Source of the DNA: an uncultured Verrucomicrobiae bacterium
GTDB lineage: Bacteria; Verrucomicrobiota; Verrucomicrobiia; Limisphaerales; Palsa-1400
Length of the DNA: 64,000 nucleotides
Direction: 5' to 3'
NCBI GenBank assembly: GCA_963764165.1
Contig: CAVXRD010000003.1
Span: 320,001-384,000, forward strand
Shown piece by piece: positions 10,585 through 20,778 of this stretch (the stretch's first letter is position 1; the number at the start of each line of letters is the position of its first letter). A program made the position numbers and the translations under genes. The notes beneath the pieces are model-generated. The model searched no databases and was not told the DNA's origin. It saw only the letters and a program-made list of their open reading frames with translations.

Positions 10585-11859
10585 TCAGCCTTTGGCAAGA
10601 TCCGCAAACACGATCATGGATGGATTGCCGACAGGCGCATACTGGCCCGTAAATTTCAGCGCGCCCGACTTGCGATTCACATTAAAAATCGCGACGTTGT
10701 CGTCCCGCTGGTTGCAGGCGCAAAGGAATTTGCCGGAGGGATCGAAATTAAAGCTGCGCGGATAATTCCCCCGCGTCGATTCCTCGGCGATAAACTTCAA
10801 TGCGCCGTCATGGCCCACCGAAAACACACTTATGCAGTCGTGGAGGCGGTTGCCAGCGTAGACAAATTTGCCATCACCTGAAACGAGAATTTCAGAGGCG
10901 AAATTGCTGCCGGCGAAACCGGGAGGCAGAGAGGAAATCGTTTGCCTCTCGGTGAGGCGGCCGGCGGTCGAATTGTAGTCAAACAAAATAATGCTCGACG
11001 CTTCCTCCTGGATGGAATACATCCAGCGGCCGCCGGGGTGGAACGAAAAGTGCCGCGGCCCGTCTCCCGGCGGAAGCGAAATGGCGGCTGGATCGTTCGG
11101 GCTCAGCGCCCCTTCCCGCTCGTTGAACTTCCACACGAAAATTTTATCCAGCCCGAGATCGACGTGCAAAACGAAGCGCCCCGATGGGTCGGCGCTGACC
11201 ATGTGCGCATGGGTATGGTCATGGCCGCTGAAAGCAAAACTTCCCGGTGGCGCGTGCGACGGCCTCGCCGGACCAAGGCTGCCAACGTCCTTCTTGATGT
11301 CGACTGGGCCAGCGAGCTTGCCATCCGCTTGAATGGGAAGGACCGAAATGGAACCACCAAAATAGTTGGCGACAAGAAGAAATTTCCCCGACGGATGGAC
11401 GCTTGCGTAAGTCGGGCCTGCGCCGCCCGAAGGGACGGAATTCAGCAGTTTCAATTGGCCGTCCGCCCGGTCAATGGCGTAGGCATTCACCGTCCCCTCC
11501 TTCGATTCGCCCATGGTGGCGGTTTCATTTGTGGAGTAGAGGCAAGTTCCCGCGGCGTTTAGGACCAGGCAGCTTGGGCTGGAGCCGTTTTCACAAACCC
11601 CGCGCGCCACAAGGGCGCCGGTCGCCCGATTGACCTGAAAAATGTGGATGCCCCTGCCGTTTCCAGGCGGCAAGTCGACTTGGGTTGGCAGCATATTGCG
11701 CAGCGGCGAGCTGAACGTCCCCACATACGCCATCAGCATCTTGCCCCTCGACTCCGCACTCGCCGCCAGCCAGGGAGCGCCAGCCGTCAAAATAGATGCG
11801 GTTCTGATGAACGAGCGGCGGGAAGTCTTTCGCTGAACCAAGTTTGGACGAAATTGCAT
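10585..11859 (-). CDS. Lactonase family 7-bladed beta-propeller (6-phosphogluconolactonase-like) with Tat signal
   Basis: SRRSFI twin-arginine motif, AYVGT, LVANYFGG, HAH, GPRHFSFHP, YPRSF. Confidence 0.92.
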   Translation of the reverse strand: MQFRPNLVQRKTSRRSFIRTASILTAGAPWLAASAESRGKMLMAYVGTFSSPLRNMLPTQVDLPPGNGRGIHIFQVNRATGALVARGVCENGSSPSCLVLNAAGTCLYSTNETATMGESKEGTVNAYAIDRADGQLKLLNSVPSGGAGPTYASVHPSGKFLLVANYFGGSISVLPIQADGKLAGPVDIKKDVGSLGPARPSHAPPGSFAFSGHDHTHAHMVSADPSGRFVLHVDLGLDKIFVWKFNEREGALSPNDPAAISLPPGDGPRHFSFHPGGRWMYSIQEEASSIILFDYNSTAGRLTERQTISSLPPGFAGSNFASEILVSGDGKFVYAGNRLHDCISVFSVGHDGALKFIAEESTRGNYPRSFNFDPSGKFLCACNQRDDNVAIFNVNRKSGALKFTGQYAPVGNPSMIVFADLAKG

Positions 11860-11902
11860 GCGCAACAAAACACTGAAAGAAACGAGAGATCGAGTCGAAA
11901 AA

Positions 11903-12583
11903 CTAAATCAAATCGTAGCGCTTGACCCGCTTGAGCGTGCGGTAACGCATATACCAATCATTCATCACCAAATGGAAGCTTCGGAAGCTTGTCGTTCCGA
12001 AAGCACGATCACGCTGCGCCTCCAATTGATTGACAAATGCATCGCTGTTCCTCAGCGGCGCACGGAATCGCGCCACCGTCATGTGTGCGGTTTGCAATTT
12101 GTAGCGGCCGTCCATCGTTCCCCCCAATCCACACTCGCGAAGTTTCTGGCGCAAGTTTTCGCGGAGGTCATTCAAAGCGCCATTTTCCGGGAAGCCCTGG
12201 ATCAAGACCGCTGCTCTTGACAGGGTCACGCCGCGAAACTCAACACGGATGGGGGCGCGCGCCTTCAACACCTTGGCGACAACAGCCTCGTAGGCATCCG
12301 ACTTTGCGGCGAAACGCCCGGGTTGCGGCGTGGCGGTAAACATCGGCAGCACGGTGATGTGAAAGTCCGTCGGAGGGTAATAGTATTGGTCCGGCTCCAG
12401 CACGCGCAACCCCTCAATAAGGGTGCAAGCGCGCGCTCGCACATTTGGGGAGGGCCGGGCGATGAGAGTCATTCCGCGCCGATGGTCGGATTCGCGGCCC
12501 GCCAGAACGGCGTCGATTTCTAAATCGCCTGCGAGGATGCGCGCGGCGGAAGACGAGAACATCTCGCCGTAATGCTTGCACAA
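11903..12583 (-). CDS. 2H phosphoesterase (2'-5' RNA ligase-like) family protein
   Basis: Two HxT motifs (FHITVL, AHMTVARF). Start placed at TTG 12583 behind GAGGAG, because the longer ORF overlaps the upstream gene. Confidence 0.8.
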   Translation of the reverse strand: MCKHYGEMFSSSAARILAGDLEIDAVLAGRESDHRRGMTLIARPSPNVRARACTLIEGLRVLEPDQYYYPPTDFHITVLPMFTATPQPGRFAAKSDAYEAVVAKVLKARAPIRVEFRGVTLSRAAVLIQGFPENGALNDLRENLRQKLRECGLGGTMDGRYKLQTAHMTVARFRAPLRNSDAFVNQLEAQRDRAFGTTSFRSFHLVMNDWYMRYRTLKRVKRYDLI

Positions 12584-12633
12584 CCAAAGGCGCTCCTCGT
12601 TGATTTCACCTAAAGGTGCCAAGGCGAACAAAG

Positions 12634-14985
12634 CTAGCGTTGAGGCGTGAGGTCCGGAACTGGCGGAGCCTGGAAAAAGTTGCCCGTTCGCTTGAAAAAC
12701 TGAAACGCAAGCGCCATGAGCACCACCACAAGCAAAGCGACGAAAATTGCCTGAATGACGGCTGCCTTGCGATCCTCTTTGTGGCGCCGGCGGTGCCGTT
12801 TTCTCCGGCGGTGGCGTGATCCTGTTCTGTGCGTATCCGGCTCCACCGTCGTGGCTGCGGCTTCCTCGCCGTCCGAAACTTCCGGCGCAGCGGATTGGGC
12901 GCCGGCGCTGGTGGCCGGCCCTGGCATGACGCCGCCACCTCGTGCGACCGCCGCGGGTTTGGAAACGCGCGGAACGAATCCGCCGGCGGTGTCCCACGAA
13001 GCTGGAATTTTCGCGAAGTCACTGCGCTGAAACGGACGTGTCTGCCCCGCGGGAATCATCAGCGACCAGGCGGATTGCTGCCGCACTTCACGCACCGCCT
13101 CGCGATACTCGTCGACACCCGCGGGCGGGACAGCGTCCGTCAGCGTCGAAAGGGAGATCGTCATTGTCCAATAACCAGCCAGCGTCTTGCGATAGCGGTT
13201 GAATGAGATCCATGAATTCTCGATCGAGCGCTGCTGAACAATGGCCGGGGGCAGCGCGACGCAATAAACTTCCAGCGAGTGAATCACCTGGCAGGGATAC
13301 GGCAGCCCAAGCGGTGTCTGGCGGACGCCGGAAACCGGCAAGGGCAGCAACCCCGCCACGGCTTCCGCCGTGATCTCAAGCTTGTACCAACTGGCCTGTG
13401 TGCCGTCTTTGAGAAAGTCCTTGATCTCGAATGTTTCGGCCAGGAAGAACTCGTTATGCGCGAGATCGTCGCGATGCTCCATCGTTCCGACCCGCTTCAC
13501 GTCGGGAAACCTATCGACGATTGCCTGCAATCGCTGGCGGGCGATCGCGTCGGGACCCAGTTTCTCGAATTGGCGCCGCAGCTCCTCTGCATGCGTGCCG
13601 CGAGCCATGACGACCACGCCAAAAATCGAAGAGTCTCCCGCGGTATCCAGAAGGATCGATTCCCGCACGTGATAAACATTCGTCGCCTCAGCGGGCTCTG
13701 GAGCGAGCATCAGATCGGCATCCGCGCCGGCCACGGGGAGCCCGACACCGAAATCGCTCAAGACGCGATTGAACGAGCTGCCGCCCTGCCCCTTGGCCGT
13801 GGCGTCAACCCAATGGATTTCCCCTTTTGTTTTGTATTCGACCACCAGGTGGTTGAAAATCGACGGCATCGGAAGGAGCACCGACAGGGATTTGCGAATC
13901 TCTGAGTTCACCAGCACCAATCTTGTCTCCAGCCCCAGCCGCTTCAGCGCAAGCATCAACAATAAGGACAAATCCTTGGTGTCGCCGTATCGCCTGCGCG
14001 CCACCACCTCTGGCTCAACCGGCGGCGTCCCGTCGATCTCGCCGTCGCCCGGAACATACCGGAATTGCTCCTGGATGAATTGGACCGCGCGGCCAATTTG
14101 CTGAGCCGTGCTGCCTTCGGCCGTGGCCAATTCGGGAATGAGTGTTGCAAGATCGGCATCGAACCGATCCAAATTCCATGCTTCCGCGAAGGCGGAACTG
14201 ACCGTCTGCCAATCCGGGCAGTCGGAAACCTGAACCCACGGATATGATATCTGCCAGGCCGGCGCGTATTCCTCGGCATGCGAGCCGAGGAAATTGTCCC
14301 GCGTCCAAATCTGGCAGACTTCGCCATTGGCGCGGGTTTCTTCGGGTTGAAGATAATGAGCCGACGATCTCCATTGAACGCGCCGAGTCTCACTGTAAAC
14401 GACCGAAAAATAGAATTTCCCGAACGGAACGCCTTCAGGAAGTGAAAAGAAATAGCCGAAGTTATCCGACAACAGAACCGGATGATCTTCGATCGAATAG
14501 CTCAGTTCCAGAATGTCACCGGGCCGAACGTCCTCAAGAAGCAGGCTCACGCTCGTCCGCTTGGACGAATCCAGTCCATGGGTGGCGCGCTCAACGCATC
14601 GGATATGATCCATCAAGGTCCGATCCATGGCCGTTCCCGCGCGATGGATCTGAATCGAATGGAAGGTCAGCGATTGAGTCTCCGGGTCGAAGGCAATCTT
14701 GCCTTCTGCCACGCTCTGGACGCCTTGGATGGTGTCCATTCGATTGGCTGTGTGGCAGAAGAGCGCCCGTTTTTCGGCATGGAATTGTTTGGCGCACAAC
14801 AAGTACGTGACATGCCCAGCCTGTTTCGGTTTGAAGTCAGTGCGAAACGAGCATGGCGTGGCCCATTCTGGTTTTGGCCCTATTTGGATGCGTCCTCTGG
14901 CGGCTCCGAGGGTATTGTCCCGCTGCTGCACAACGCTTTCGGCAACCATCGCCAAGTTATTACCGGGAATGGCTTTGCTGTTCAA
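12634..14985 (-). CDS. DUF3857 + transglutaminase-like protein with basic patch and C-terminal TM helix
   Basis: DVRPGDILELSYS (DUF3857), RRYGDTKD..FNHLVV..WVDAT (transglutaminase-like core), RHRRRKRHRRRH followed by a hydrophobic helix. Confidence 0.85.
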   Translation of the reverse strand: MNSKAIPGNNLAMVAESVVQQRDNTLGAARGRIQIGPKPEWATPCSFRTDFKPKQAGHVTYLLCAKQFHAEKRALFCHTANRMDTIQGVQSVAEGKIAFDPETQSLTFHSIQIHRAGTAMDRTLMDHIRCVERATHGLDSSKRTSVSLLLEDVRPGDILELSYSIEDHPVLLSDNFGYFFSLPEGVPFGKFYFSVVYSETRRVQWRSSAHYLQPEETRANGEVCQIWTRDNFLGSHAEEYAPAWQISYPWVQVSDCPDWQTVSSAFAEAWNLDRFDADLATLIPELATAEGSTAQQIGRAVQFIQEQFRYVPGDGEIDGTPPVEPEVVARRRYGDTKDLSLLLMLALKRLGLETRLVLVNSEIRKSLSVLLPMPSIFNHLVVEYKTKGEIHWVDATAKGQGGSSFNRVLSDFGVGLPVAGADADLMLAPEPAEATNVYHVRESILLDTAGDSSIFGVVVMARGTHAEELRRQFEKLGPDAIARQRLQAIVDRFPDVKRVGTMEHRDDLAHNEFFLAETFEIKDFLKDGTQASWYKLEITAEAVAGLLPLPVSGVRQTPLGLPYPCQVIHSLEVYCVALPPAIVQQRSIENSWISFNRYRKTLAGYWTMTISLSTLTDAVPPAGVDEYREAVREVRQQSAWSLMIPAGQTRPFQRSDFAKIPASWDTAGGFVPRVSKPAAVARGGGVMPGPATSAGAQSAAPEVSDGEEAAATTVEPDTHRTGSRHRRRKRHRRRHKEDRKAAVIQAIFVALLVVVLMALAFQFFKRTGNFFQAPPVPDLTPQR

Positions 14986-15090
14986 TTAAAAACGAAACAA
15001 TTCTGTGACGAACGGAATGCGATTGATTCCCGTTAAATGCTCCTGTAAAACCTCCGCCGACCGCTGCCGAATCTGATTTCCACGCCATTT

Positions 15091-16512
15091 ATGAGATTAA
15101 ACCACCGCCAAATTGCCGCCGTTTCCCTGCTCCTCGCCCTCGCCGCGGCCGCACCCGTCGCGGTCGAAGGACAGACCCGCGCGCTGCGGATTGCCACTTA
15201 CAATATTGAAGATGACATCAACGGCGCCGTAAGCCCCCTGCCGGGCTTGATCGCTCCGACGACGAATGTCGCCGCGGTGCAATTGGGCGGTGTTCTAGAA
15301 GGAATCGGCGAGGAGATCGTTGGCAATGATCCTGCCCAACCGGTTGACATCATCGCATTGGAAGAAACAACCAGCAGCAATCTCACGATCGCTCCCATTC
15401 TCAATGGCCTGACCACGTTTTACGGCGCCCCCGGGATGTACGCAACGAGCCCCTATCAAGCCACCGAAAGCGGCGGCGACGTTGCGGACGGCAATGGCCC
15501 GAATGCCATTGTTTACAATACTTACACCGTGCAACTGATCGCTTCCGCGCCCGTTGACCCAAGCGGGGGGACAAGCCAATTGGGATCATCCAGCGGCGAA
15601 TACCGCGAAGTCATGCGGTATGAATTTGCGCCAGCGGGGAACACGCCCGCGCCATCGAACGAATTTTATATTTATGTGAGCCACTACAAATCTGGAACTT
15701 CATCGACCGACGCCAAAGACCGTCAAGAAGAAGCTCAAATCATCCGAAATGACGAAGCCAATAATCTGCCCGCCAGCGCCCGCGTCATTTACGTGGGTGA
15801 TTACAATGTCGATACCAGCGGGGAGGCGGGTTATCAGACCATTCTCGCTGCCGCCGCTCCAAATGGCATCGTGCAGGGCCAGGGCATTGATCCTCTGAAC
15901 ATTGCCGGCTCCACCACCATCAATTGGGAGAGCACCACCACCAGCAAATCTATTTTGCTCATGCTTTCGGAATCCGCCACCGATTTGCGCTATCGCGATG
16001 ACCTTGAAATTGTGACCAGCAATGTTTTTTACGCGGCGCCCGGTGGCTTGTGCCTCGTCACGAACACCTATCACACATTCGGCAATAACGGATCGCTGGC
16101 CTACGGCAGCAGCGTCGCCGCGCAGGGAAACACCGCCTTAACCAATCTGGCGCGAAATGCCCCCATTAGCGCGTCCACGCTTTTCACCGACCTGACAAGC
16201 GCCAGCGATCATCTCCCTGTCGTGGCGGATTACACGGTTCCGGTTTCCGTTCCAGGCTTGGGATTGGGCGGCGGAACGTATTTGGCGCCGGGATATTTCC
16301 AGTTCACTGTCACGAACGCGGATGGCTCAGCCATTTCTCCCGGCGAGGCGTCGAGAATCAGATTTCTTTCCACCACAAATCTTTCAATTCCCCTGGCCAA
16401 TTGGACCCTGCTGCCCAATTCCGCTTTTCTCTCGAACGGAGTGTTGATTGTGACGGACACAAATGCCTCCAGTGCTGCCGACACCTTTTATCGCGCGAAT
16501 CAAAAGCCATGA
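15091..16512 (+). CDS. Exported endonuclease/exonuclease/phosphatase (EEP) family protein with C-terminal putative sorting domain
   Basis: Signal peptide, RIATYNI, DIIALEE, SHYKS, GDYN, SDHLPV; ends STTNL..NW..TDT..TFYRA. Confidence 0.88.
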   Translation: MRLNHRQIAAVSLLLALAAAAPVAVEGQTRALRIATYNIEDDINGAVSPLPGLIAPTTNVAAVQLGGVLEGIGEEIVGNDPAQPVDIIALEETTSSNLTIAPILNGLTTFYGAPGMYATSPYQATESGGDVADGNGPNAIVYNTYTVQLIASAPVDPSGGTSQLGSSSGEYREVMRYEFAPAGNTPAPSNEFYIYVSHYKSGTSSTDAKDRQEEAQIIRNDEANNLPASARVIYVGDYNVDTSGEAGYQTILAAAAPNGIVQGQGIDPLNIAGSTTINWESTTTSKSILLMLSESATDLRYRDDLEIVTSNVFYAAPGGLCLVTNTYHTFGNNGSLAYGSSVAAQGNTALTNLARNAPISASTLFTDLTSASDHLPVVADYTVPVSVPGLGLGGGTYLAPGYFQFTVTNADGSAISPGEASRIRFLSTTNLSIPLANWTLLPNSAFLSNGVLIVTDTNASSAADTFYRANQKP

Positions 16513-16552
16513 CCAGTCCGCACGCTGACAGTGACCGTGGCACGCGAATGGG

Positions 16553-16642
16553 TGTAACATTAATTGCGCAATAGCTCGAAAAACAGGTAACATTGGTTAC
16601 ACTGTTGATAATCAACTAAATACAAGGTAACAAAAAGTAACA
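16553..16642. promoter_or_regulatory. Cluster of GTAACA/GTTACA boxes in an AT-rich intergenic stretch; candidate regulator sites
   Basis: tgtaacat, ggtaacattggttaca and ggtaacaaaaagtaacat upstream of the two glycosidase genes. Confidence 0.4.
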
Positions 16643-16780
16643 TTTCTGCCGGGCGGGGAGCCAATTGAGTTTATCTGTCTTCCCACTACGGCGCTGGAGG
16701 CTTGCCGCGAACGTTTTGGGAACGGCAAACAAGATGCGCCGTTGCAGCGTTTAGCCCTTTCCGATAGAAAGCAGAGCACC

Positions 16781-17752
16781 ATGAAGATCAGCCTCTCAAG
16801 ATTTCTCGCTCTTGCAATCTCGTGCCTCATCGGATGCGTCCCGCACGCGGACGCCCGCGACAACGGTCCCGCCGTGGCGGGCTGGCAGAAATACGCGGGC
16901 GATCCGGTTCTCGGCGGCCAATATGGCACTTGCTTCGATGTTTCGGTGCTGAAAGACGGCGGTGTTTATCGCATGTGGGTTTCGTGGCGGCCAAAACAAA
17001 GCGTCGCTTTGGTGGAAAGCAAGGATGGTTTCCATTGGGATGGACCGCCTCAAATTGTTCTGGGGCCACGGAAGGAAGCCGGTTGGGAAAAGGAAATTAA
17101 CCGCCCAGTAGTAATCAAACGCGGGGACGGTTATCATATGTGGTACACTGGCCAATCTGAGGGACATTCACACATCGGCTATGCCACAAGCCACGATGGG
17201 AAGACGTGGAAACGAATGAGCGAAAAACCGGTCCTCTCGCCTGACCAGCCTTGGGAAAAGGTTGCGGTAATGTGCCCGTCCGTTATTTGGGTTGCGGAGG
17301 CCAAGCTGTTTCGGATGTGGTACTCCGGCGGCGAACAATACGAGCCGGACGCCATTGGTTACGCAACCAGTCCGGACGGAATACATTGGGCCAAGAGCAG
17401 CGCCAACCCGGTGTTCAAGTCCGATCCAAAACTGGAGTGGGAGCATTACAAGGTGACCGCTTGCCAGGTTTTGAAAGACGGAGATTGGTATGACATGTTT
17501 TACATTGGATTCCGGGACATCGATCATGCGCAAATTGGCTTGGCGCGCTCCAAAGATGGAATCGCCAATTGGGATCGCCTTCCTGCAAACCCGATTGTGC
17601 GGCCGACGCCGGAGGGATGGGATCATGACGCGTGCTACAAGCCTTACGCGATATTTGACGGCCAGAAGTGGCTGCTTTGGTACAATGGGCGCCACGCCAG
17701 CCTGGAGCAGATTGGCGTCGTGATTCATGACGGCCACGACTTGGGATTTTGA
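16781..17752 (+). CDS. Exported five-bladed beta-propeller glycoside hydrolase (GH32/43/130-like clan)
   Basis: Signal peptide; repeated MWY.G..IGYATS.DG..W....NPV blades. Confidence 0.87.
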   Translation: MKISLSRFLALAISCLIGCVPHADARDNGPAVAGWQKYAGDPVLGGQYGTCFDVSVLKDGGVYRMWVSWRPKQSVALVESKDGFHWDGPPQIVLGPRKEAGWEKEINRPVVIKRGDGYHMWYTGQSEGHSHIGYATSHDGKTWKRMSEKPVLSPDQPWEKVAVMCPSVIWVAEAKLFRMWYSGGEQYEPDAIGYATSPDGIHWAKSSANPVFKSDPKLEWEHYKVTACQVLKDGDWYDMFYIGFRDIDHAQIGLARSKDGIANWDRLPANPIVRPTPEGWDHDACYKPYAIFDGQKWLLWYNGRHASLEQIGVVIHDGHDLGF

Positions 17753-19419
17753 AGATACTGGGAGGATTGAATCTGGAACGCCCGAACTCAGGAAAAGAGA
17801 CTGCTGGCTTGAGCAAACTCCCTTTAATTTCGCTGATTATTTTGTTCGCGGTCGAGTATTCCGGTCTGGCGCAAACTTCCGCTTCAAATAGTGGCGGAAC
17901 ACTGTCAACTCCGCATAGTCATATTTTGCAGGCGGACTCGTTCAAGCACTTCGTTGATGAGTTTAACCGCGATGACGATGAGCGTTACAAAGGGTTCTTT
18001 CCAAATGCGGTTGCGTGGGATTTTCTAAAAGACAACGTCCCTCTTTTTGATTGCCCAGACAATGACATAGAGAAAATCTACTATTTTCGATGGTGGACCT
18101 ACCGCAAGCATATCAAACAGTCACCGAACGGATTCATTATTACCGAGTTCCTCCCGGATGTGCCGTGGGCCGGAAAGGATAACTCGATCAGTTGCGCGGC
18201 GGGGCATCATTTTTACGAGGGCCGCTGGCTGGCCGACCCGAAGTATCTGGACGATTACTCGGTGTTTTGGCTTCGCAAAGGCGGCGAACCGCGGCGATAC
18301 AGTTTCTGGGCGGCCAACGCACTCTGGGCCCGCTATGAAGTGACTGGCGACAGCCGCTTGATCATCGAACTTCTGCCAGACCTCATTGCCAATTACAGAG
18401 CATGGGAGGCCGGGCACCAAGACACCAACGGCCTCTTCTGGCAAACTGACGATCGCGATGGCATGGAAGTTTCCATCGGCGGGAGTGGGTATCGCCCGAC
18501 GATCAACAGCTATATGTATGGCGATGCGATGGCTATCGCCAAGATCGCCCATTTGGCGGAGCAGGATTCCGTCGCCCGCGATTTCCAGGCAAAGGCCGCA
18601 CGGATAAAGCAATTGGTTCAGACGCAGCTTTGGGATGCAAGCGCTTCGTTTTTCGAAGTCCTACCGCGCCAGCCTGCGGCCCATCTCGTGAACGTCCGCG
18701 AGGAACTCGGCTACACGCCCTGGTACTTTGAACTTCCCGATACGGACAAATCAGGAGCATGGAGCCAACTGATGGACACGAACGGCTTCTACGGCCCCTA
18801 CGGACCAACGACAACCGAGCAACGAAACCCTGGCTTCAGCATCGCTTACCAAGGACATGAATGCCAATGGAATGGGCCAAGCTGGCCCTATTTGACCTGC
18901 ATGACGCTAAGCGGCCTGGCCAACGTGCTCGACGATTATGCTCAAAAAGTCGTGTCGCCAAATGATTACTTTAAGCTCTTTAAAATTTACACCACATCCC
19001 AACACAGAAAGCTCTCCGACGGACGCGTCATTCCGTGGATTGACGAAAATCTCAACCCAACCAACGGCGATTGGATTTCGCGCACGTTGCTTCTTCAGCG
19101 AGGCTCCGAAATTCCCGAACGTGGAAAGGACTATAATCATTCAACCTACTGCGATCTCGTCATGAGCGGTCTGGTTGGGTTGCGCCCACGCGCGGACGAC
19201 CGCATTGAAGTGCGCCCGCTGGGGCCGCCAACGTGGGATTATTTCTGCCTGGACCAAGTCCGCTATCATGGACACTGGCTCACGATTGTGTGGGATAAAA
19301 CTGGCGAGCATTACCATCAAGGACGCGGCTTGCGTGTGTTTGTGGACGGGCTCGAAAAAGGTGCCGTCAATTCGCTGGAACGAATGACTGCGGCTTTGCC
19401 TATTTCTACAACGCGCTGA
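17749..19419 (+). CDS. Exported (alpha/alpha)6-barrel glycoside hydrolase (MGH1/GH63-like)
   Basis: IYYFRWWTYRKH, DGME, PTINSY, WNGPSWP, DYNHS motifs. Start overlaps the upstream stop (TTGA). Confidence 0.85.
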   Translation: MKILGGLNLERPNSGKETAGLSKLPLISLIILFAVEYSGLAQTSASNSGGTLSTPHSHILQADSFKHFVDEFNRDDDERYKGFFPNAVAWDFLKDNVPLFDCPDNDIEKIYYFRWWTYRKHIKQSPNGFIITEFLPDVPWAGKDNSISCAAGHHFYEGRWLADPKYLDDYSVFWLRKGGEPRRYSFWAANALWARYEVTGDSRLIIELLPDLIANYRAWEAGHQDTNGLFWQTDDRDGMEVSIGGSGYRPTINSYMYGDAMAIAKIAHLAEQDSVARDFQAKAARIKQLVQTQLWDASASFFEVLPRQPAAHLVNVREELGYTPWYFELPDTDKSGAWSQLMDTNGFYGPYGPTTTEQRNPGFSIAYQGHECQWNGPSWPYLTCMTLSGLANVLDDYAQKVVSPNDYFKLFKIYTTSQHRKLSDGRVIPWIDENLNPTNGDWISRTLLLQRGSEIPERGKDYNHSTYCDLVMSGLVGLRPRADDRIEVRPLGPPTWDYFCLDQVRYHGHWLTIVWDKTGEHYHQGRGLRVFVDGLEKGAVNSLERMTAALPISTTR

Positions 19420-19433
19420 AGTTGCGACGCTCC

Positions 19434-19586
19434 TAATGGCGATTTCCAGTTTTATCCCTTTAAAAAGGACAAAGTCGACCCAAACCGTCCTTCGCAAAAG
19501 GATAATTAAGCAGCTTCTGCAAGCTGAACGCGGGTGGTGGGAGACAGAATTCTTCCCCAGGCGTTGCCGCCAAGCGCCGTAGGCGC
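19434..19586 (+). repeat. 153-bp direct repeat, copy 1
   Basis: 149/153 identical to 22999-23151 by manual alignment. Confidence 0.95.
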
Positions 19587-19878
19587 GAAACCTTTGTAGA
19601 AACGATCAAAATAGGATTTTCAAGCTCCGTCAGGAGCGGCACCTTCCGAGTTTGGTAAACGCCTGCATGGCAGATTTGCATTCACGTCGTATTTACCGTC
19701 TCGGGCCGGCAAAATCCCATCATGTGGGAGCGAATGGCTGGAAAGGTTCTGGGTTGCATGTGAATCCGCGATACTTATGCAAAACAGCCGACGGGTGATC
19801 GCCGCCCGTGCCGCTCCTGACGGAGCTTGGAATGTCTGTCTTGGTCGTTTCTACAAAGGTTCCGCGCCTACGGCGCTT
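19572..19878. repeat. REPIN/MITE-like element with 71-bp inverted arms
   Basis: 19572-19642 (aagcgccgtaggcgcg..ctttgtagaaacga..caagctccgtcaggagcggcac) is inverted at 19808-19878. Each arm contains two short palindromes. Confidence 0.9.
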
Positions 19879-20022
19879 CTGAGGCCGCGAGATTTTTCAA
19901 AGCGCCTGAACTCGCTGGCTCGATGAAAGTCTATTCCCGCGCACCTACAAAACGTAGATACTCCGTCGGGTGAAATAATGCTTAATGAAGAATTCTGTCT
20001 CACGCCCACGAGTGGGATCTCG

Positions 20023-20778
20023 TCATGCTGATGCAGGTCTTGAAGTCTTTCTCTCTTCCGGCTTGGTGAGCCATGAAATTAGCAGGAGAAGCGCGATCGG
20101 CCATGTCACTGTCGCAAAAAGATTTGGCAATAGGATCTGGCCAAGATTTGACCAAAAGGACTGGTAGGGCTGGTAGAACTCGGCGTGTTTTAGGTTGAAT
20201 CCCCATTGAAGAATCCTGAATCCTTCGTTCAACGCCAGCCATCCCCATGCGGCACGGATAAGCCGCGATCGTGATTGAAACCATGATTCCAACACCGAGA
20301 ATTTTGCGCTGGTCCCTCGCAGAAGGAAAAATGCAATAATAAAAATCGGCACGTCTCGCAATGCAAAGCCGCTTACGAGCTGGCCATATGTGTACCAAAA
20401 CCCGAATTGTCGCGGCCAATTCTTCCAAGGATCGTTTATCAGCGTCAGCAACTCCCAGTTGATTATATTGGCGCTATTGCTCCATAAAGCCACGGCAAGC
20501 AAGGCGCCAGCCATCCACAAAACACGCTTTCGCCAGATCAGTGTTGGATTCGCCTTTACAAACTCTTCATCAAGCTTGCTGGGCTGGCCCACCCGGCGGC
20601 GCGCAAGCCAGAATGACTCCTCGTCGTCCAAGCCGAGTCGTTGGAATCCGACGATGGCGTCAATCAGGTGGGCTTCCAGTTCGCGGCGAACCTCTGCAGT
20701 GAGGTTGGCTTGCGCGGCCAACTCCTGGCGCCAGTTTTCAATGGCGGCGTTTAGGTCGTAACGGGTTTGATTTTCCAT
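20023..20778 (-). CDS. Membrane protein with permease-prefix-domain-1-like N-terminus
   Basis: YDLNAAIENWR..ELEAHL.D..GLDDEESFWLARRRVG followed by about four TM helices; overlaps the PadR gene. Confidence 0.82.
   Translation of the reverse strand: MENQTRYDLNAAIENWRQELAAQANLTAEVRRELEAHLIDAIVGFQRLGLDDEESFWLARRRVGQPSKLDEEFVKANPTLIWRKRVLWMAGALLAVALWSNSANIINWELLTLINDPWKNWPRQFGFWYTYGQLVSGFALRDVPIFIIAFFLLRGTSAKFSVLESWFQSRSRLIRAAWGWLALNEGFRILQWGFNLKHAEFYQPYQSFWSNLGQILLPNLFATVTWPIALLLLISWLTKPEERKTSRPASA

Noticed and set aside
12584..12997. Long N-terminus of the 2H phosphoesterase ORF
   Set aside because: Overlaps the DUF3857 gene in another frame and has low-complexity Arg-rich composition.
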